A stretch of 64,000 nucleotides of DNA from Thermoanaerobaculia bacterium. Lineage in GTDB: Bacteria > Acidobacteriota > Thermoanaerobaculia > UBA5066. Below, in pieces: positions 39,735 to 49,967 of the stretch. How positions within the stretch are numbered: the first letter of the stretch is position 1; each line of letters begins with the position of its first letter. Location: NCBI GenBank assembly GCA_963719225.1, contig CAVRAY010000001.1, forward strand, positions 1,568,001 through 1,632,000. Direction: 5' to 3'. The notes beneath the pieces are model-generated. The model worked only from the letters and a program-made list of their open reading frames with translations. It had not been told where the DNA came from and did no database searches. The position numbers and the translations under genes were made by a program.

Positions 39735-41252
39735 ATGGACGACACGCGGAAAGACACACCCTCGCGCTCCGCCTATCGCGCGACGCTCGCGCTCTCGGTC
39801 GTCCTCGGGCTCGGGATCCTGATCCTCGTGAACTTCATCGGCTCGCGGCGCTACGCGCGCTTCGACTGGACGACCGCGGGTCGCTACTCCCTCTCCGAGA
39901 AGACGGTCAACGTCCTCAAGGACCTCAAGACGCCGGTCCAGATCACCGTCTTCATGACGGCGGGAACGCCGCTCTATCCGGAGGTCGACGAGCTCCTCAA
40001 GCGTTACAAGGCGAAGAGCCCGATGCTGACCGTCGAGACGCTCGATCCGACGCGCAACCCGGTCCGGGCGAAGACGTTCGTCGAGGAGACGGGCCTGAGG
40101 AACCTCGCCGTCGTCTTCCGCGCCGGAGACAAGAAGAAGATCGTGACGGAAGACCGCATCGTCGAATACGACTACTCGAGGGCCCGCATGGGCGGCGAGC
40201 CCTCGGTGAAGAGCTTCCGCGGCGAGCAGGAGTTCACTTCCGCGATCCTCAGCGTCACGCAGGCCCGGGCGCCGAAGGTCCTCTTCACGTCGGGGCACGG
40301 AGAACGCAGGTTCGACGCGGCCCGGAGCCGCGAGGGATTCTCGGAGGTCGCGGAGTCCCTCAAGGCCGACAACTGCACCGTCGAGGAATGGGCGACGCTC
40401 GGCGCGAAGTCCGCGCCCGAGGACGCCGATCTCGTCGTCGTCGCGGGGCCGCGGACGCCCTTCACGGAGAGTGAGCGCGACGTGCTGAAGAAGTACCTCG
40501 ACGGCGGGGGCCGCGTTCTGTTCTTTCTGGACGTCGAGTTTCCGCCGGGAGCGCCGGCCGCGCTGTCCGATTTCGGGCTGGGACCCCTGCTCACGTCCCT
40601 CGGTCTGACTCTCGACGGCGACGTCGTGGTGGACCCGAAGAACACGCTTCCCATGATGGGAGCCGAGACGGTCTTCGCGAAGAGCTTCCGGAGCCATCCC
40701 GTCACGAAGCTGCTCGCCGGAATGCCCGTCGTCTTCCCGCTGGCGCGCTCGGTGAGCGTGGCACAGACGGGTGCCCCGGGATGGAAAGCCACGCCGCTCG
40801 TCGAGACTTCTTCCGACGGCTGGGGCGAAACGAGCCTGAAGGACCTCGAGAAGACGGGTTTGCCGAAGAAGGACGACAAGGACGTCAAGGGTCCCGTGTG
40901 CCTGGCGGCCGCCGTGGAGGCGGACGAGGGTTCCAAGCCCGTGGTCGTCGAGGCGCCGAAAGCGGGCGAGGCTGCTCCGAAGAAGAAAGCCCGCGTCGTC
41001 GTTTTCGGGGATGCGGACTGGGCGTCGAACGCGGGGATCGCGAACGCCGCGAACCGGCTTCTCCTGTCTTCCGCGGTGAACTGGGCGCTCGAGCGCGAGT
41101 CGCTCGTGGCGATCCCCCCGAAGAGCGCGGATCAGGTCGCCGTCACGCTCACGCGCCGCGACGTCGGCCAGGTCGCGTTCGTGGTTCTCCTTCTCCTGCC
41201 GCTCGCGGCTGTCGCGATGGGAGTCGCGATCTGGGTCCGCCGCCGCAAGTAG
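39735..41252 (+). CDS. GldG-like ABC auxiliary component
   Basis: FDWT...YSLSEKT, GEQEFTSAI, FTSGHGE, VVFGDAD; N- and C-terminal TM helices. Confidence 0.85.
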   Translation: MDDTRKDTPSRSAYRATLALSVVLGLGILILVNFIGSRRYARFDWTTAGRYSLSEKTVNVLKDLKTPVQITVFMTAGTPLYPEVDELLKRYKAKSPMLTVETLDPTRNPVRAKTFVEETGLRNLAVVFRAGDKKKIVTEDRIVEYDYSRARMGGEPSVKSFRGEQEFTSAILSVTQARAPKVLFTSGHGERRFDAARSREGFSEVAESLKADNCTVEEWATLGAKSAPEDADLVVVAGPRTPFTESERDVLKKYLDGGGRVLFFLDVEFPPGAPAALSDFGLGPLLTSLGLTLDGDVVVDPKNTLPMMGAETVFAKSFRSHPVTKLLAGMPVVFPLARSVSVAQTGAPGWKATPLVETSSDGWGETSLKDLEKTGLPKKDDKDVKGPVCLAAAVEADEGSKPVVVEAPKAGEAAPKKKARVVVFGDADWASNAGIANAANRLLLSSAVNWALERESLVAIPPKSADQVAVTLTRRDVGQVAFVVLLLLPLAAVAMGVAIWVRRRK

Positions 41253-41256
41253 AGCC

Positions 41257-42699
41257 ATGCCGACGAAGAAGCTCCTGATCCTGTCCGGCGTCTTTCTCGC
41301 CCTTCTGGCGTTCGTGATCCTGTTCGAGCGCAAGCAGCCGACCTCCGAGGAGCGCGCGAAATCGGCGAAGAGGCTCGCGGACGTGAACGTCGAGGAAGTC
41401 GTCTCGCTCCTTCTCGAGCGGCCCGGCCAGCCGAAGGTGGATCTGGTTCGGCGCGAAAAGAACCGATGGGTGCTCAAAGGCGAGCCGGACGGCCCGGCGG
41501 ACGGGTTCGCGGCAGAAAACCTCGTCGGTGACCTCGGACGGCTCGACGTCGTCGGGGAGGTGCGCACCGACGTGGACCCGAAGGAGTTCGGCCTCGACCC
41601 GCCGAAGGCGAAGGTCACCGTCACCTTCAAGGACAAATCCGTGAAGACGTTCGCCTTCGGGGAGTCCATCCCGGGGACGGACGCCACGGCGGCCTCCGAA
41701 GGGGGACGGTTCGCGGCCGTCCGGGCGGCGCCGGTCGCGGCCCTGACGAAGCCGCTGGACGATTACCGGAGCCGTTCGATTTTCGAGACGCCGGCCGCCG
41801 AGATCACGCGCGTCACCGTGACGAAGGGACCGTACGCCGTCGTCGTCGCGCGCGGATCCAAGCCGGACCGCGGCTCCGGCGGCTGGAGAATGGAAAAGCC
41901 CGTCGCGGACCTGGCGTCGGGCACGTTCGTCGACCGCCTGCTCGGCGACCTCGCGAGCGAGCGGATTTCCGAGTTCCCGGCCGTTCCTCCGTCCGAGCTG
42001 CAGCGCGTCGGTCTGTCCCCGTCCTGGGCCACCGTGAAGCTCGAAAAAGGGGAGGAGGTCGTCGTCACGATCTCGTTCGGCTCCGCCAAGGCGGACGCCG
42101 GAGGCAAGCTCTACGCGAAGATCGGAAACGTCGTCGCCGTGATGGACGACCGCGTGCGCGAGGACCTCGATGCGGAGATGTCCGCATGGCGGGAGAGTCA
42201 CGTTCTCCCCGTCGACCTGGCCGCTCTCCGGCGCGTCTCGTTCGCCGCGGACGAGCTCCGCGCCGGTGCCGAGAAAGTGGAAGGATCCTGGCGTTCGACC
42301 GGCCGCGAGATCCCGGCGGAAACCGCCGAGGCTCCGGCCACCGTCGTCGCGCGCGCCGAAGTGAGGTCGTTCCTGCCGAAGCGAAGCGGGAAATCCGCGA
42401 AGGAAAAGCCCGTCGCGACGCTCGAGCTCCTGTTCGAGGGAGAGTCGACCGAGAGGGTCGTTTCGTTCTTCGAAGCGCCGGCCGGCGCCGCCGGAGCGCT
42501 GGCGGAGGTCACGGGACGGCCTGAGCCGATGCTCGTCGAGAAGGCGGTCCTCGACGATCTGCGCGGCGCGGCGGCCGCGCTGCGCGACGCGGCGAGCGGC
42601 AAGCCGAAGGAGCCCGGCAAGCCGAAGGCGGGCGCGAAAGCGAAACCCACGCCCGGACCGGGCGCCGCCGCGACCCTCCCGCCCCCGAAAAAGAAGTAG
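41257..42699 (+). CDS. DUF4340-like membrane-anchored protein
   Basis: N-terminal TM helix, repeated FGLDPP/VGLSPS modules; typical position after gldG-like genes. Confidence 0.7.
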   Translation: MPTKKLLILSGVFLALLAFVILFERKQPTSEERAKSAKRLADVNVEEVVSLLLERPGQPKVDLVRREKNRWVLKGEPDGPADGFAAENLVGDLGRLDVVGEVRTDVDPKEFGLDPPKAKVTVTFKDKSVKTFAFGESIPGTDATAASEGGRFAAVRAAPVAALTKPLDDYRSRSIFETPAAEITRVTVTKGPYAVVVARGSKPDRGSGGWRMEKPVADLASGTFVDRLLGDLASERISEFPAVPPSELQRVGLSPSWATVKLEKGEEVVVTISFGSAKADAGGKLYAKIGNVVAVMDDRVREDLDAEMSAWRESHVLPVDLAALRRVSFAADELRAGAEKVEGSWRSTGREIPAETAEAPATVVARAEVRSFLPKRSGKSAKEKPVATLELLFEGESTERVVSFFEAPAGAAGALAEVTGRPEPMLVEKAVLDDLRGAAAALRDAASGKPKEPGKPKAGAKAKPTPGPGAAATLPPPKKK

Positions 42700-42702
42700 C
42701 GC

Positions 42703-44199
42703 TCAGCTCCTCTTCGGGGTCTCCGGCGACGATCGGGTCGGCTCGTTGGACGGCTCGGCGTCGCGCCGGACGCCCATCGCCCGCGCGCGTTCGTCCGCGG
42801 TCCGCTCGAGCTGCGCGAGGCGCGAAAGGCGCTCGGCCTCCTTGTCCCGCTCGATTTGCTCGGTCTTCTTCTTCGCCGAGCCCAGGAGCGAGCTCGCGGC
42901 CAGAACGAGCTTCAGATGAAACTGGCCCGTGAACTTCGTGTTCTCGCCGAAGGCGCCCACGAACGAGGCGCCGCTCAAGCGGGCCTCCGAGAAATCCGCG
43001 CCGCCGATGTTCGCCTGCTTGAAGGAGGCGCCCTCGAGCTTCGCGCCGACGAGCTGGGCGAAGCGCACGTCACTGCCCGAGAAATCGGCGTCGTCGGCTT
43101 CGATCCCGAAGAGGTTGGCGCCGGACAGGTTCCCTCCCACCGCGATCGCGCTCGAGAGCCGCGAGCGCTTGAGGTTTGCGCGCCTCAGGTTCGTCCGCGC
43201 GAGCTTGACCTTGGCCATGATGCAGCCTTCGAGATTCGCCTCTGAGAGATCGGCCCCCGAGAGATCGGCTTCCGTGAAGTTCGAGCCGCGCAGGTTCGCG
43301 CGAGAGCCGTTGGCCTCCAGAAGACGTGCGGCCGTGAAGTTGGCCATCCGCATGCGGGGCGTCCTCAGGTCGATCTTGTCGAGCATGGCCCCCGTGAAGT
43401 CGGTCTCCTCGAGCTGCGCCCCGGTGAAGGTGCTGCCCCTCAGGTCCGCCCGATGGGCGCTCGTCTTGCGCATGACGGCTTCGGAGAAGTTCGCGGCCTG
43501 GGCCACGACGCGCTCGAAATCGGCCTCGGAGAGATCGGCTCCCGTGAAATCGGCGCCGTTCGCCTCGGCGCCGCGGAAGACGGCGCGCTGAAGCTTCGCG
43601 CCCTTGAAAGACGTTCCCGTGAGCTTGGCGTCGCGGAAGAACGCGAGGGTCAGGTTCGCCTTGTCGAATCGGCCCTTCCGGTAGGTGACTCCGTCGAAGA
43701 CCGCCTGCGTGAGATCGGTGCCCTCGAAAACGCATCGCTCGAGCTGGGCGCCCCGGAAGTTCGCGTAGAGGAGGCGCCCGAAGGAGAAATCGGTGGCCGT
43801 GAAATCGGTTCCGTCGAGCTTCGCACCCGTCATGTCGACGGCGGTCATGCTGCATTCGCGCACGGTGGCGCTCCTCAGGGTCGAGTTGCGGAAGATCGCG
43901 CCGACGAAGGAGACCCTGTCGAGGACGAGATAGTCGAGGTTCGTGTCGGAGAGATCGACCCGGTCGAGCTTCGAGCCGTTGAACGAAGCCCCCGTGAAGT
44001 GGGCCCGAGCCAGCGACGCGCCCGAGAGGTTGCAGCCCTCGACCTTCGCGCGCGAAAAGTCGGCTCCGGAAAGGTTCTTTCCCGAGAAATCGAGCGCGTG
44101 AAGGCGTGCGTCCGTGAAGTCCGGCGTCAGGGACGGCCGTTCGGCTCGCCAGTCGTTCCAGTCGGGTGCCTGAACGTGTTCGAGGTGTTCTGGGTTCAC
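42703..44199 (-). CDS. Pentapeptide repeat protein
   Basis: About 400 aa of A(D/N)(L/F)xx repeats; WNDWR N-terminus; charged C-terminal tail. Confidence 0.92.
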   Translation of the reverse strand: MNPEHLEHVQAPDWNDWRAERPSLTPDFTDARLHALDFSGKNLSGADFSRAKVEGCNLSGASLARAHFTGASFNGSKLDRVDLSDTNLDYLVLDRVSFVGAIFRNSTLRSATVRECSMTAVDMTGAKLDGTDFTATDFSFGRLLYANFRGAQLERCVFEGTDLTQAVFDGVTYRKGRFDKANLTLAFFRDAKLTGTSFKGAKLQRAVFRGAEANGADFTGADLSEADFERVVAQAANFSEAVMRKTSAHRADLRGSTFTGAQLEETDFTGAMLDKIDLRTPRMRMANFTAARLLEANGSRANLRGSNFTEADLSGADLSEANLEGCIMAKVKLARTNLRRANLKRSRLSSAIAVGGNLSGANLFGIEADDADFSGSDVRFAQLVGAKLEGASFKQANIGGADFSEARLSGASFVGAFGENTKFTGQFHLKLVLAASSLLGSAKKKTEQIERDKEAERLSRLAQLERTADERARAMGVRRDAEPSNEPTRSSPETPKRS

Positions 44200-44237
44200 G
44201 TCCGTCTAGTGTATCGAAGCCTGTAACATTCGTGGGA

Positions 44238-45722
44238 ATGGCCGATGCCGTCCGGGGACCGGAGCGGATACGCCGAGCGCTGCTCGGAGGCTACCCCCTC
44301 CTTTACATCGTGTCCTGGGAGGAAGGACGCGTGGAGCGGGCGATCGCGGCGCTCGCCCAGAAGTTTTACGAGAAACCCGTCCCGTTCTCGATGTGGAGCT
44401 GCGTGGACGGCATCGTCACCGGGTCGGAGAGGGTCCCCGACACGGCTGATCCCCTCAAGGCGCTGGACGCAATCCTCGCGACGACAGGGCCCGCCTTCTT
44501 CCTCATGAAGGACCTCACGGCCTTCCTCGGCAAGCCCGAGGTCGTCCGGCGGCTCCGGGACGCCTATCGGGCCCTCAAGGGCAAGGGGCGGTTCCTCGTC
44601 CTCATGTCCCCGCGCCTCGTCATCCCCGACGATCTCAAGAAAGAGATCTACATCCTCGACTACGACCTTCCGGACGAGAGCGAGATCCTGTTCCTCCTCG
44701 GCCACCTCGGAAAGCGCTACTTCGCGGGGAAGGGCCTCTCCGAAGCGGATGCGAAGAAGCTCGCCATGGCGCTGAAGGGCCTCACGCAGGACGAGACGGA
44801 GCACGTCATCTCGCGGGTCTTCTCGCGCCGGCCCGTCTTCGACGAAGAGGCCTATTTCGAGGTCCTCGCCGAGAAGCAGCAGGCGACCCGCAAGGACGGC
44901 GTTCTCGAGTTCGTGCCGCCGCGGTTCTCCCTCGCGGACGTGGGAGGCCTCGAGAATCTCAAGGAATGGCTCGTGAAGCGCCAGAACCTCTTCACGAAGG
45001 AGGCGCAGGATGCCGGCGTGTCCGTGCCGAAGGGCATCCTGCTCATGGGGGTCTCAGGCTGCGGAAAGTCGCTCTCCGTCAAGGCCATCTCCGCGCTCTG
45101 GAACCTGCCGCTCTTCCGCCTGGACATGAACCTCGTCTTCGGCACGGACAACCCGGAACAGACGTTCCACCGCGCGCTCCAGAGCGTGGAGTCGCTCTCG
45201 CCCGCGCTCCTCTGGATCGACGAGATCGAGATGGCGATCACGGGCGGACGCGACGCCGGGGGCGGCGACCCGTCGCTCGGGCGCATCTTCTCGGCGTTTC
45301 TCACCTGGATGCAGGAGAAGCAGGGTCTCGTCTTCGTGGCGGCGACCGCGAACCGCATCCACCTCCTGCCCGCCGAGATCATCCGCAAGGGCCGATTCGA
45401 CCAGGTGTTCTTCCTCGACCTGCCGAACGAGAACGAGCGCAAGGCCATCTTCAACGTCCATCTCAGGAAAGTGGGGTCGGACGTCACGCTCTTCGACGTC
45501 GTGTTCCTGTCGAAGGCGACGAAGGGCTTCGTCGGTTCGGAGATCGAGGCAGCCGTTCAGGCCGCGGCCGTCGAGGCCTTCAACCAGGGGCGAAAGCTCA
45601 CCGAGGACGACATGTCGAAGATGCTGACCGCCACCGTGCCCCTCTCGCGCACGATGGACGAGCAGATCAAGGCCATCAAGAGCTGGGCGCACGATCGCGC
45701 CATGCCCGCCTCGAAGGCCTGA
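44238..45722 (+). CDS. AAA+ ATPase (Ycf46-like)
   Basis: DVGGLENLKEWL, GVSGCGKS, WIDEIE, ATAN, RKGRFD, TVPLSRTM. Confidence 0.88.
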   Translation: MADAVRGPERIRRALLGGYPLLYIVSWEEGRVERAIAALAQKFYEKPVPFSMWSCVDGIVTGSERVPDTADPLKALDAILATTGPAFFLMKDLTAFLGKPEVVRRLRDAYRALKGKGRFLVLMSPRLVIPDDLKKEIYILDYDLPDESEILFLLGHLGKRYFAGKGLSEADAKKLAMALKGLTQDETEHVISRVFSRRPVFDEEAYFEVLAEKQQATRKDGVLEFVPPRFSLADVGGLENLKEWLVKRQNLFTKEAQDAGVSVPKGILLMGVSGCGKSLSVKAISALWNLPLFRLDMNLVFGTDNPEQTFHRALQSVESLSPALLWIDEIEMAITGGRDAGGGDPSLGRIFSAFLTWMQEKQGLVFVAATANRIHLLPAEIIRKGRFDQVFFLDLPNENERKAIFNVHLRKVGSDVTLFDVVFLSKATKGFVGSEIEAAVQAAAVEAFNQGRKLTEDDMSKMLTATVPLSRTMDEQIKAIKSWAHDRAMPASKA

Positions 45723-45728
45723 ACCGGC

Positions 45729-46088
45729 TCAGCGCAGCGGCGGGGGAGGCGGCGTGGCGCCCTCGGGGGCCACGATCACGGCCGTCCCGTAGCAGAGAAC
45801 CTCGGTGACGCCGTCCATCACCTCCGTCGCGTCGTAGCGAACGCCGACCACCGCATTCGCACCGATGTCGCGCGCGTGGGTCAGCATCATGTCGAAGGCC
45901 TCGGTCCGCGTCTTCTCGCACAGCTCGGTGAAGAGCGTGATGTTCCCGCCGACGAGCGTCTGCAGCGACCCGCCGATCGTCCCGAAGATCGAGCGCGAGC
46001 GCACCGTGATGCCACGCACGACGCCGAGGTTTCGCGTCACGCGGTAGCCGTCGAGGGTGAACGTGGTCGTCGTCATCGGATGCGTCAT
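45729..46088 (-). CDS. YbjQ/UPF0145 family protein
   Basis: [26 protein letters not shown]. Confidence 0.9.
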   Translation of the reverse strand: MTHPMTTTTFTLDGYRVTRNLGVVRGITVRSRSIFGTIGGSLQTLVGGNITLFTELCEKTRTEAFDMMLTHARDIGANAVVGVRYDATEVMDGVTEVLCYGTAVIVAPEGATPPPPPLR

Positions 46089-46101
46089 GGAGGCATTCTC
46101 C

Positions 46102-46785
46102 TCAGTTGCTGCGCGGATCGATTCCGGACCGCCGGTACGGACCGAGGAAATCGAGCCGCCTCTGCACGTCCGCGATGTGCTCGATCGCCCACGCATAACG
46201 CTCTTCGAGGCGGTCCATGACGAGGAGCCGGTAGCCGTCCTCGGCATCCAGCCCGAGCCGCGTGAGCGCCTCGTTCACGAAGCCTTCGTCGGAGAGCTGC
46301 GACGGCAGAGAGCGCGCCTGCGAGCGGCCGACGGAGTCGGCGAGCCGTTCCACGCTCTTGGCGAGGAGCCGGCGGAGGTCGCGCCGGGTCCGGCCTCCGG
46401 TCGACGTCGCCGGAAGCGGACGAACGGCGAGCGGATCGACCTCGGCCACGCGATAGGGGGCGGGCGTTTCGCGCTCGCCCGCGATCCGGTATCGGAAGGT
46501 TCCCCTGAGAAGGATGTTCGAGCGCCCGTCCTCGAGCGGCTCGTGCCGCACGATCTCGCCGGCGCAGCCGACCTCGAAGACGGCGGGCCGTCCGGCGCCG
46601 TCGGGGGGAGCGGCCGGGTTCAGGAGCTGGATGCCGATGACCCGGTCGCCCGCGAGCGCGTCCGCGAGCATCGTCCGGTATCGGGGCTCGAAGACGTGAA
46701 GCGGGAGCGTCGTCTCCGGCAGCAGCAGCACGTTCGGGAGCGGGAACAGAGGGAGGAGGATCCGTTCGTTCATGCGCGCGACCAT
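46102..46785 (-). CDS. Lon N-terminal substrate-binding domain protein (stand-alone)
   Basis: [29 protein letters not shown]. Confidence 0.85.
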   Translation of the reverse strand: MVARMNERILLPLFPLPNVLLLPETTLPLHVFEPRYRTMLADALAGDRVIGIQLLNPAAPPDGAGRPAVFEVGCAGEIVRHEPLEDGRSNILLRGTFRYRIAGERETPAPYRVAEVDPLAVRPLPATSTGGRTRRDLRRLLAKSVERLADSVGRSQARSLPSQLSDEGFVNEALTRLGLDAEDGYRLLVMDRLEERYAWAIEHIADVQRRLDFLGPYRRSGIDPRSN

Positions 46786-46836
46786 GATGCAACCAGATGA
46801 GTGCGCCCCGAATCGGGCATGTTATCTTTCCTCGGG

Positions 46837-47067
46837 ATGGCCAATAAGGACGACCGCTACGCCGAGAACGCTCCCGGGAAATTCTACGTCGATACGCAGT
46901 GCATCGACTGCGACGTCTGCCGCGTCACGGCGCCGGCGAATTTCACCCGCCAGGAAGACAAGGGCTTCTCGTACGTGATGAAGCAGGCCGAGACGCCCGA
47001 GGAAGAGGCCCAGTGCCAGGAAGCCATGGACTCCTGCCCGGTCGAAGCCATCGGGAACGACGGCTAG
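46837..47067 (+). CDS. Ferredoxin (single cluster)
   Basis: CIDCDVC...CPVEAIG. Confidence 0.9.
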   Translation: MANKDDRYAENAPGKFYVDTQCIDCDVCRVTAPANFTRQEDKGFSYVMKQAETPEEEAQCQEAMDSCPVEAIGNDG

Positions 47068-47990
47068 AGCGCCCTTCTCGCGTGGTAGCTCGACCTGACG
47101 AGCGGTCCTGATTCGACGAGAGAAAACCCCATCTCCTCCCCCTCTGTTCGAATCTCCTCGAACTCCGCCGGCGTGTAGTACCGCTCGATCGGGAGGCGGC
47201 GCGCGTGGGGCTGGAGGTACTGGCCCACCGTGACGACGTCCGCGCCGCAGGACCGGATGTCGCGTAGCGTCGCCCGAAGCTCCTCGCGCGTCTCGCCGAG
47301 CCCCACCATGACCCCGCTCTTCACTTTCAAAGAAATCTTCTCCTCGTCTCTCCTCTTGGCGGCCCTCCGGAGGAGCTCCAGCGATCGGGCGTAGATCGCG
47401 TCCGGCCGCACGCGCCGGTAGAGGCGCTCGACGGTCTCCGTGTTGTGGTTGAGCACCTCCGGCCACGCGTCGAGGACGGTCCCGAGGGCGGCCTCGCTGC
47501 CGAGAAAGTCCGGGATGAGAACCTCGATCGTGACGCCGGTCGCGAGGGAGCGAATCTCCCGGATCGTCGCCGCGAAGTGAGCGGCGCCGCCGCCCGGGAG
47601 CTCGTCGCGGTTCACGGACGTTATGACGGCGTGTGCGACGCCGAGCGTCTTCACCGCCTCGGCCACGTGGCGCGGCTCTTCGGGGTCGAGAGGCTTCCCG
47701 GCACCCTGCGCCACCGCGCAGAAGCCGCAATGCCGCGTGCACACGTCGCCCATGAGCATGAACGTCGCCGTCTTCTCGACGCCCCAGCATTCGAAGATGT
47801 TCGGGCAGCGCGCCTCCTGGCACACGGTGTTGAGGTGCTTGTCCTCCAAGAGTTTCGCGATGCCGCGCGAGGTCTCGTTGTCGTGGACCCGCACCTTGAG
47901 CCACTCGGGCCGGGGGGTGATGCCGTAAAGAGGCCGCGCGGCGCTCACGCTTTTCAGTCTAGCGCGTGTGACTGCGTTGCGATCGGCCAT
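47064..47990 (-). CDS. lipA: Lipoyl synthase
   Basis: [35 protein letters not shown]. Confidence 0.96.
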   Translation of the reverse strand: MADRNAVTRARLKSVSAARPLYGITPRPEWLKVRVHDNETSRGIAKLLEDKHLNTVCQEARCPNIFECWGVEKTATFMLMGDVCTRHCGFCAVAQGAGKPLDPEEPRHVAEAVKTLGVAHAVITSVNRDELPGGGAAHFAATIREIRSLATGVTIEVLIPDFLGSEAALGTVLDAWPEVLNHNTETVERLYRRVRPDAIYARSLELLRRAAKRRDEEKISLKVKSGVMVGLGETREELRATLRDIRSCGADVVTVGQYLQPHARRLPIERYYTPAEFEEIRTEGEEMGFSLVESGPLVRSSYHARRAL

Positions 47991-48034
47991 ACCGGCTCCG
48001 GATATGCTCCTGTGGAACAAGGAGGAGATCTTTC

Positions 48035-48598
48035 ATGGTGTCCATCCCGTCCCTCTGGCTGCCCATCCTGCTCTCCGCCGTCGCCGTGTTCATTGCGAGC
48101 TCGATCATTCACATGGTCCTCGGGTACCACGCCGCGGATTACAAGAAGCTTCCCGCAGAGGACGACGTGATGGCCGCCCTGCGGAAGTTCGACATTCCGC
48201 CCGGCGACTATCTGGTGCCGTGCGCCGGCAGCGCGAAGGCCATGAAGGATCCCGCTTTCATGGAGAAGTTCAAGGCCGGGCCGAGAATCATGATGACCGT
48301 CATGGGGAGCGGCGGCGAGATGAGCATGGCGCCGCAGTTCATCCAGTGGTTCCTGTACTGCGTCGTCATCGGCATCACGTCCGCGTACATTTCCGGCCGC
48401 GCCCTCGCGCCCGGAGCGCACTACCTCCAGGTCTTCCGGTTCGCGGGCGCGACGGCGTTCTTCGGCTACAGCCTCGCGCTCTGGCAGTCGTCGATCTGGT
48501 ACCGGAGGTCCTGGGGGACGACCTTCCGGCTCACGATCGACGGCCTGATCTTCGGGCTCCTGACGGGCGGCTTCTTCGGGTGGCTCTGGCCCCGGTAG
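48035..48598 (+). CDS. Hypothetical integral membrane protein
   Basis: GGAG RBS, about four hydrophobic segments, typical codon usage. Confidence 0.7.
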   Translation: MVSIPSLWLPILLSAVAVFIASSIIHMVLGYHAADYKKLPAEDDVMAALRKFDIPPGDYLVPCAGSAKAMKDPAFMEKFKAGPRIMMTVMGSGGEMSMAPQFIQWFLYCVVIGITSAYISGRALAPGAHYLQVFRFAGATAFFGYSLALWQSSIWYRRSWGTTFRLTIDGLIFGLLTGGFFGWLWPR

Positions 48599-48628
48599 CC
48601 AGGAAGAATCAGTCGACGCGAAAGAAAT

Positions 48629-49285
48629 TCAACCCCGCCCGCGGATTCCCTCGCGCGCGGCCCACTGCCAGACGGGATCCCACGCGTGATACAGGCAGCG
48701 GACGCCTTCGACGTCCTCTTCCTCGAGCGGCGCGGGGAAACGCATGTCGGCCGTCCGCTCGACGGCCGCACGCGCGGCCTCGCGTACGACGAGCCATTCG
48801 CGGGCGTCCTCCTCGCGTCCCTCGTGATAAGGGTCCACGCCGAGCGTAAGTAGCGTAGGGAGGTTCTTCGGACTGCGTTCGACGTCCAGGATGCGGACGG
48901 CCTGCAGGCGATTGCGGCCGTTCGGATCCGTCAGGAACTCGCGCACGGCCACCTGGAGATCGTCGGGGTCGAAGTAGGCGAACGCCATGAGCGCGTCGCA
49001 GCGTACGGCCGGCTCGGCATCGAGAAGGAGGTCGCGCACCTGGCCCGCGAGCGGCCGGAAGGGCTCGAGCCGTTCGGCCGAGTCGTCCTGGAGGCCAGCG
49101 AAGATGAAAAGGCCGGCCCGGCGGGTGTCGGCGTCGGGATCGACGAGCGCCTGCGCGACGAGGCCCACGGTCTCGTCGTCCACGGGGGCGTGCACGATCT
49201 GGTCGAACCGCAGCGTCTCCCCCTCGCCGGCGTACGGCGCGATGCGCCCCGTGAGGAGCTCGTAGATCCCACCCCGCTCCGTCAT
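48629..49285 (-). CDS. HEAT-repeat-like hypothetical protein
   Basis: LVDPDADTRR, LLDAEPAVR, LTDPNGRNR repeats; ATG overlaps the lipB stop. Confidence 0.65.
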   Translation of the reverse strand: MTERGGIYELLTGRIAPYAGEGETLRFDQIVHAPVDDETVGLVAQALVDPDADTRRAGLFIFAGLQDDSAERLEPFRPLAGQVRDLLLDAEPAVRCDALMAFAYFDPDDLQVAVREFLTDPNGRNRLQAVRILDVERSPKNLPTLLTLGVDPYHEGREEDAREWLVVREAARAAVERTADMRFPAPLEEEDVEGVRCLYHAWDPVWQWAAREGIRGRG

Positions 49286-49959
49286 GGCGTTTCTCCCTTC
49301 TCCCGATCGAAGACTCTCAGGAAATGACTTACGAAGCTCTCCGCGACCTCCTGCAGCGCCGGCGGCGGCCTGTCCGGCGTCTCCCGCGAAAGGGACGTCA
49401 CGCCGCCGTCTGCGATCCCGCACGGGATGAAAAGCGAAAACCTTGCCAGGTCGGTCGAGACGTTCAGTGCGGCGCCGTGCGTCGTGACCCAGCGGGACAG
49501 ATGGACTCCGATCGCCGCCAATTTGTCGTTTCCGACCCAGATCGAGGCCTTCCTTTCCGGAACGGAGCTTCGAGCCGCCGACACTCCGAAGTCGCTGGCG
49601 GTACGAATAAGTGTCTCCTCGAGGTCGCAAACGTAACGCCGCACGTCGCGCCTGCCGGCCGCGAGATCGAGGACGGGGTACACGACGAGCTGTCCGGGTC
49701 CGTGAAACGTGAGCTTTCCACCCCGATCTGTGACGCGTACCACAACGCCACGCTGGAGCAGGAAGTCCTCCGACACGAGAAGCTCCCCGAGCCCGGCGTT
49801 CCGTCCCACGGTGATGACGTCCGTGTGCTCGAGAAGGAAGAGCGTGTCGTGCCCGCCGGCCTTCACGCGCGCCTCGGCTTCCTGCTGAAGCGCGAAGGCC
49901 GCGTCCCACGAGACGCGGCCCTTCGGAAGGAGGTTGACGACGTCGAGCGACCGGGGCAT
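49282..49959 (-). CDS. lipB: Octanoyltransferase
   Basis: LLEH, RGGKLTFHGPGQLVVYP, KLAAIG, HGAALNV, PCG. Confidence 0.93.
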   Translation of the reverse strand: MPRSLDVVNLLPKGRVSWDAAFALQQEAEARVKAGGHDTLFLLEHTDVITVGRNAGLGELLVSEDFLLQRGVVVRVTDRGGKLTFHGPGQLVVYPVLDLAAGRRDVRRYVCDLEETLIRTASDFGVSAARSSVPERKASIWVGNDKLAAIGVHLSRWVTTHGAALNVSTDLARFSLFIPCGIADGGVTSLSRETPDRPPPALQEVAESFVSHFLRVFDREKGETP

Positions 49960-49967
49960 GGAGAATT

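Noticed and set aside
37998-42699. Gld-like genes as evidence of gliding motility
   Set aside because: This ABC module is widespread in non-gliding bacteria, and no T9SS/gliding motor genes are present.
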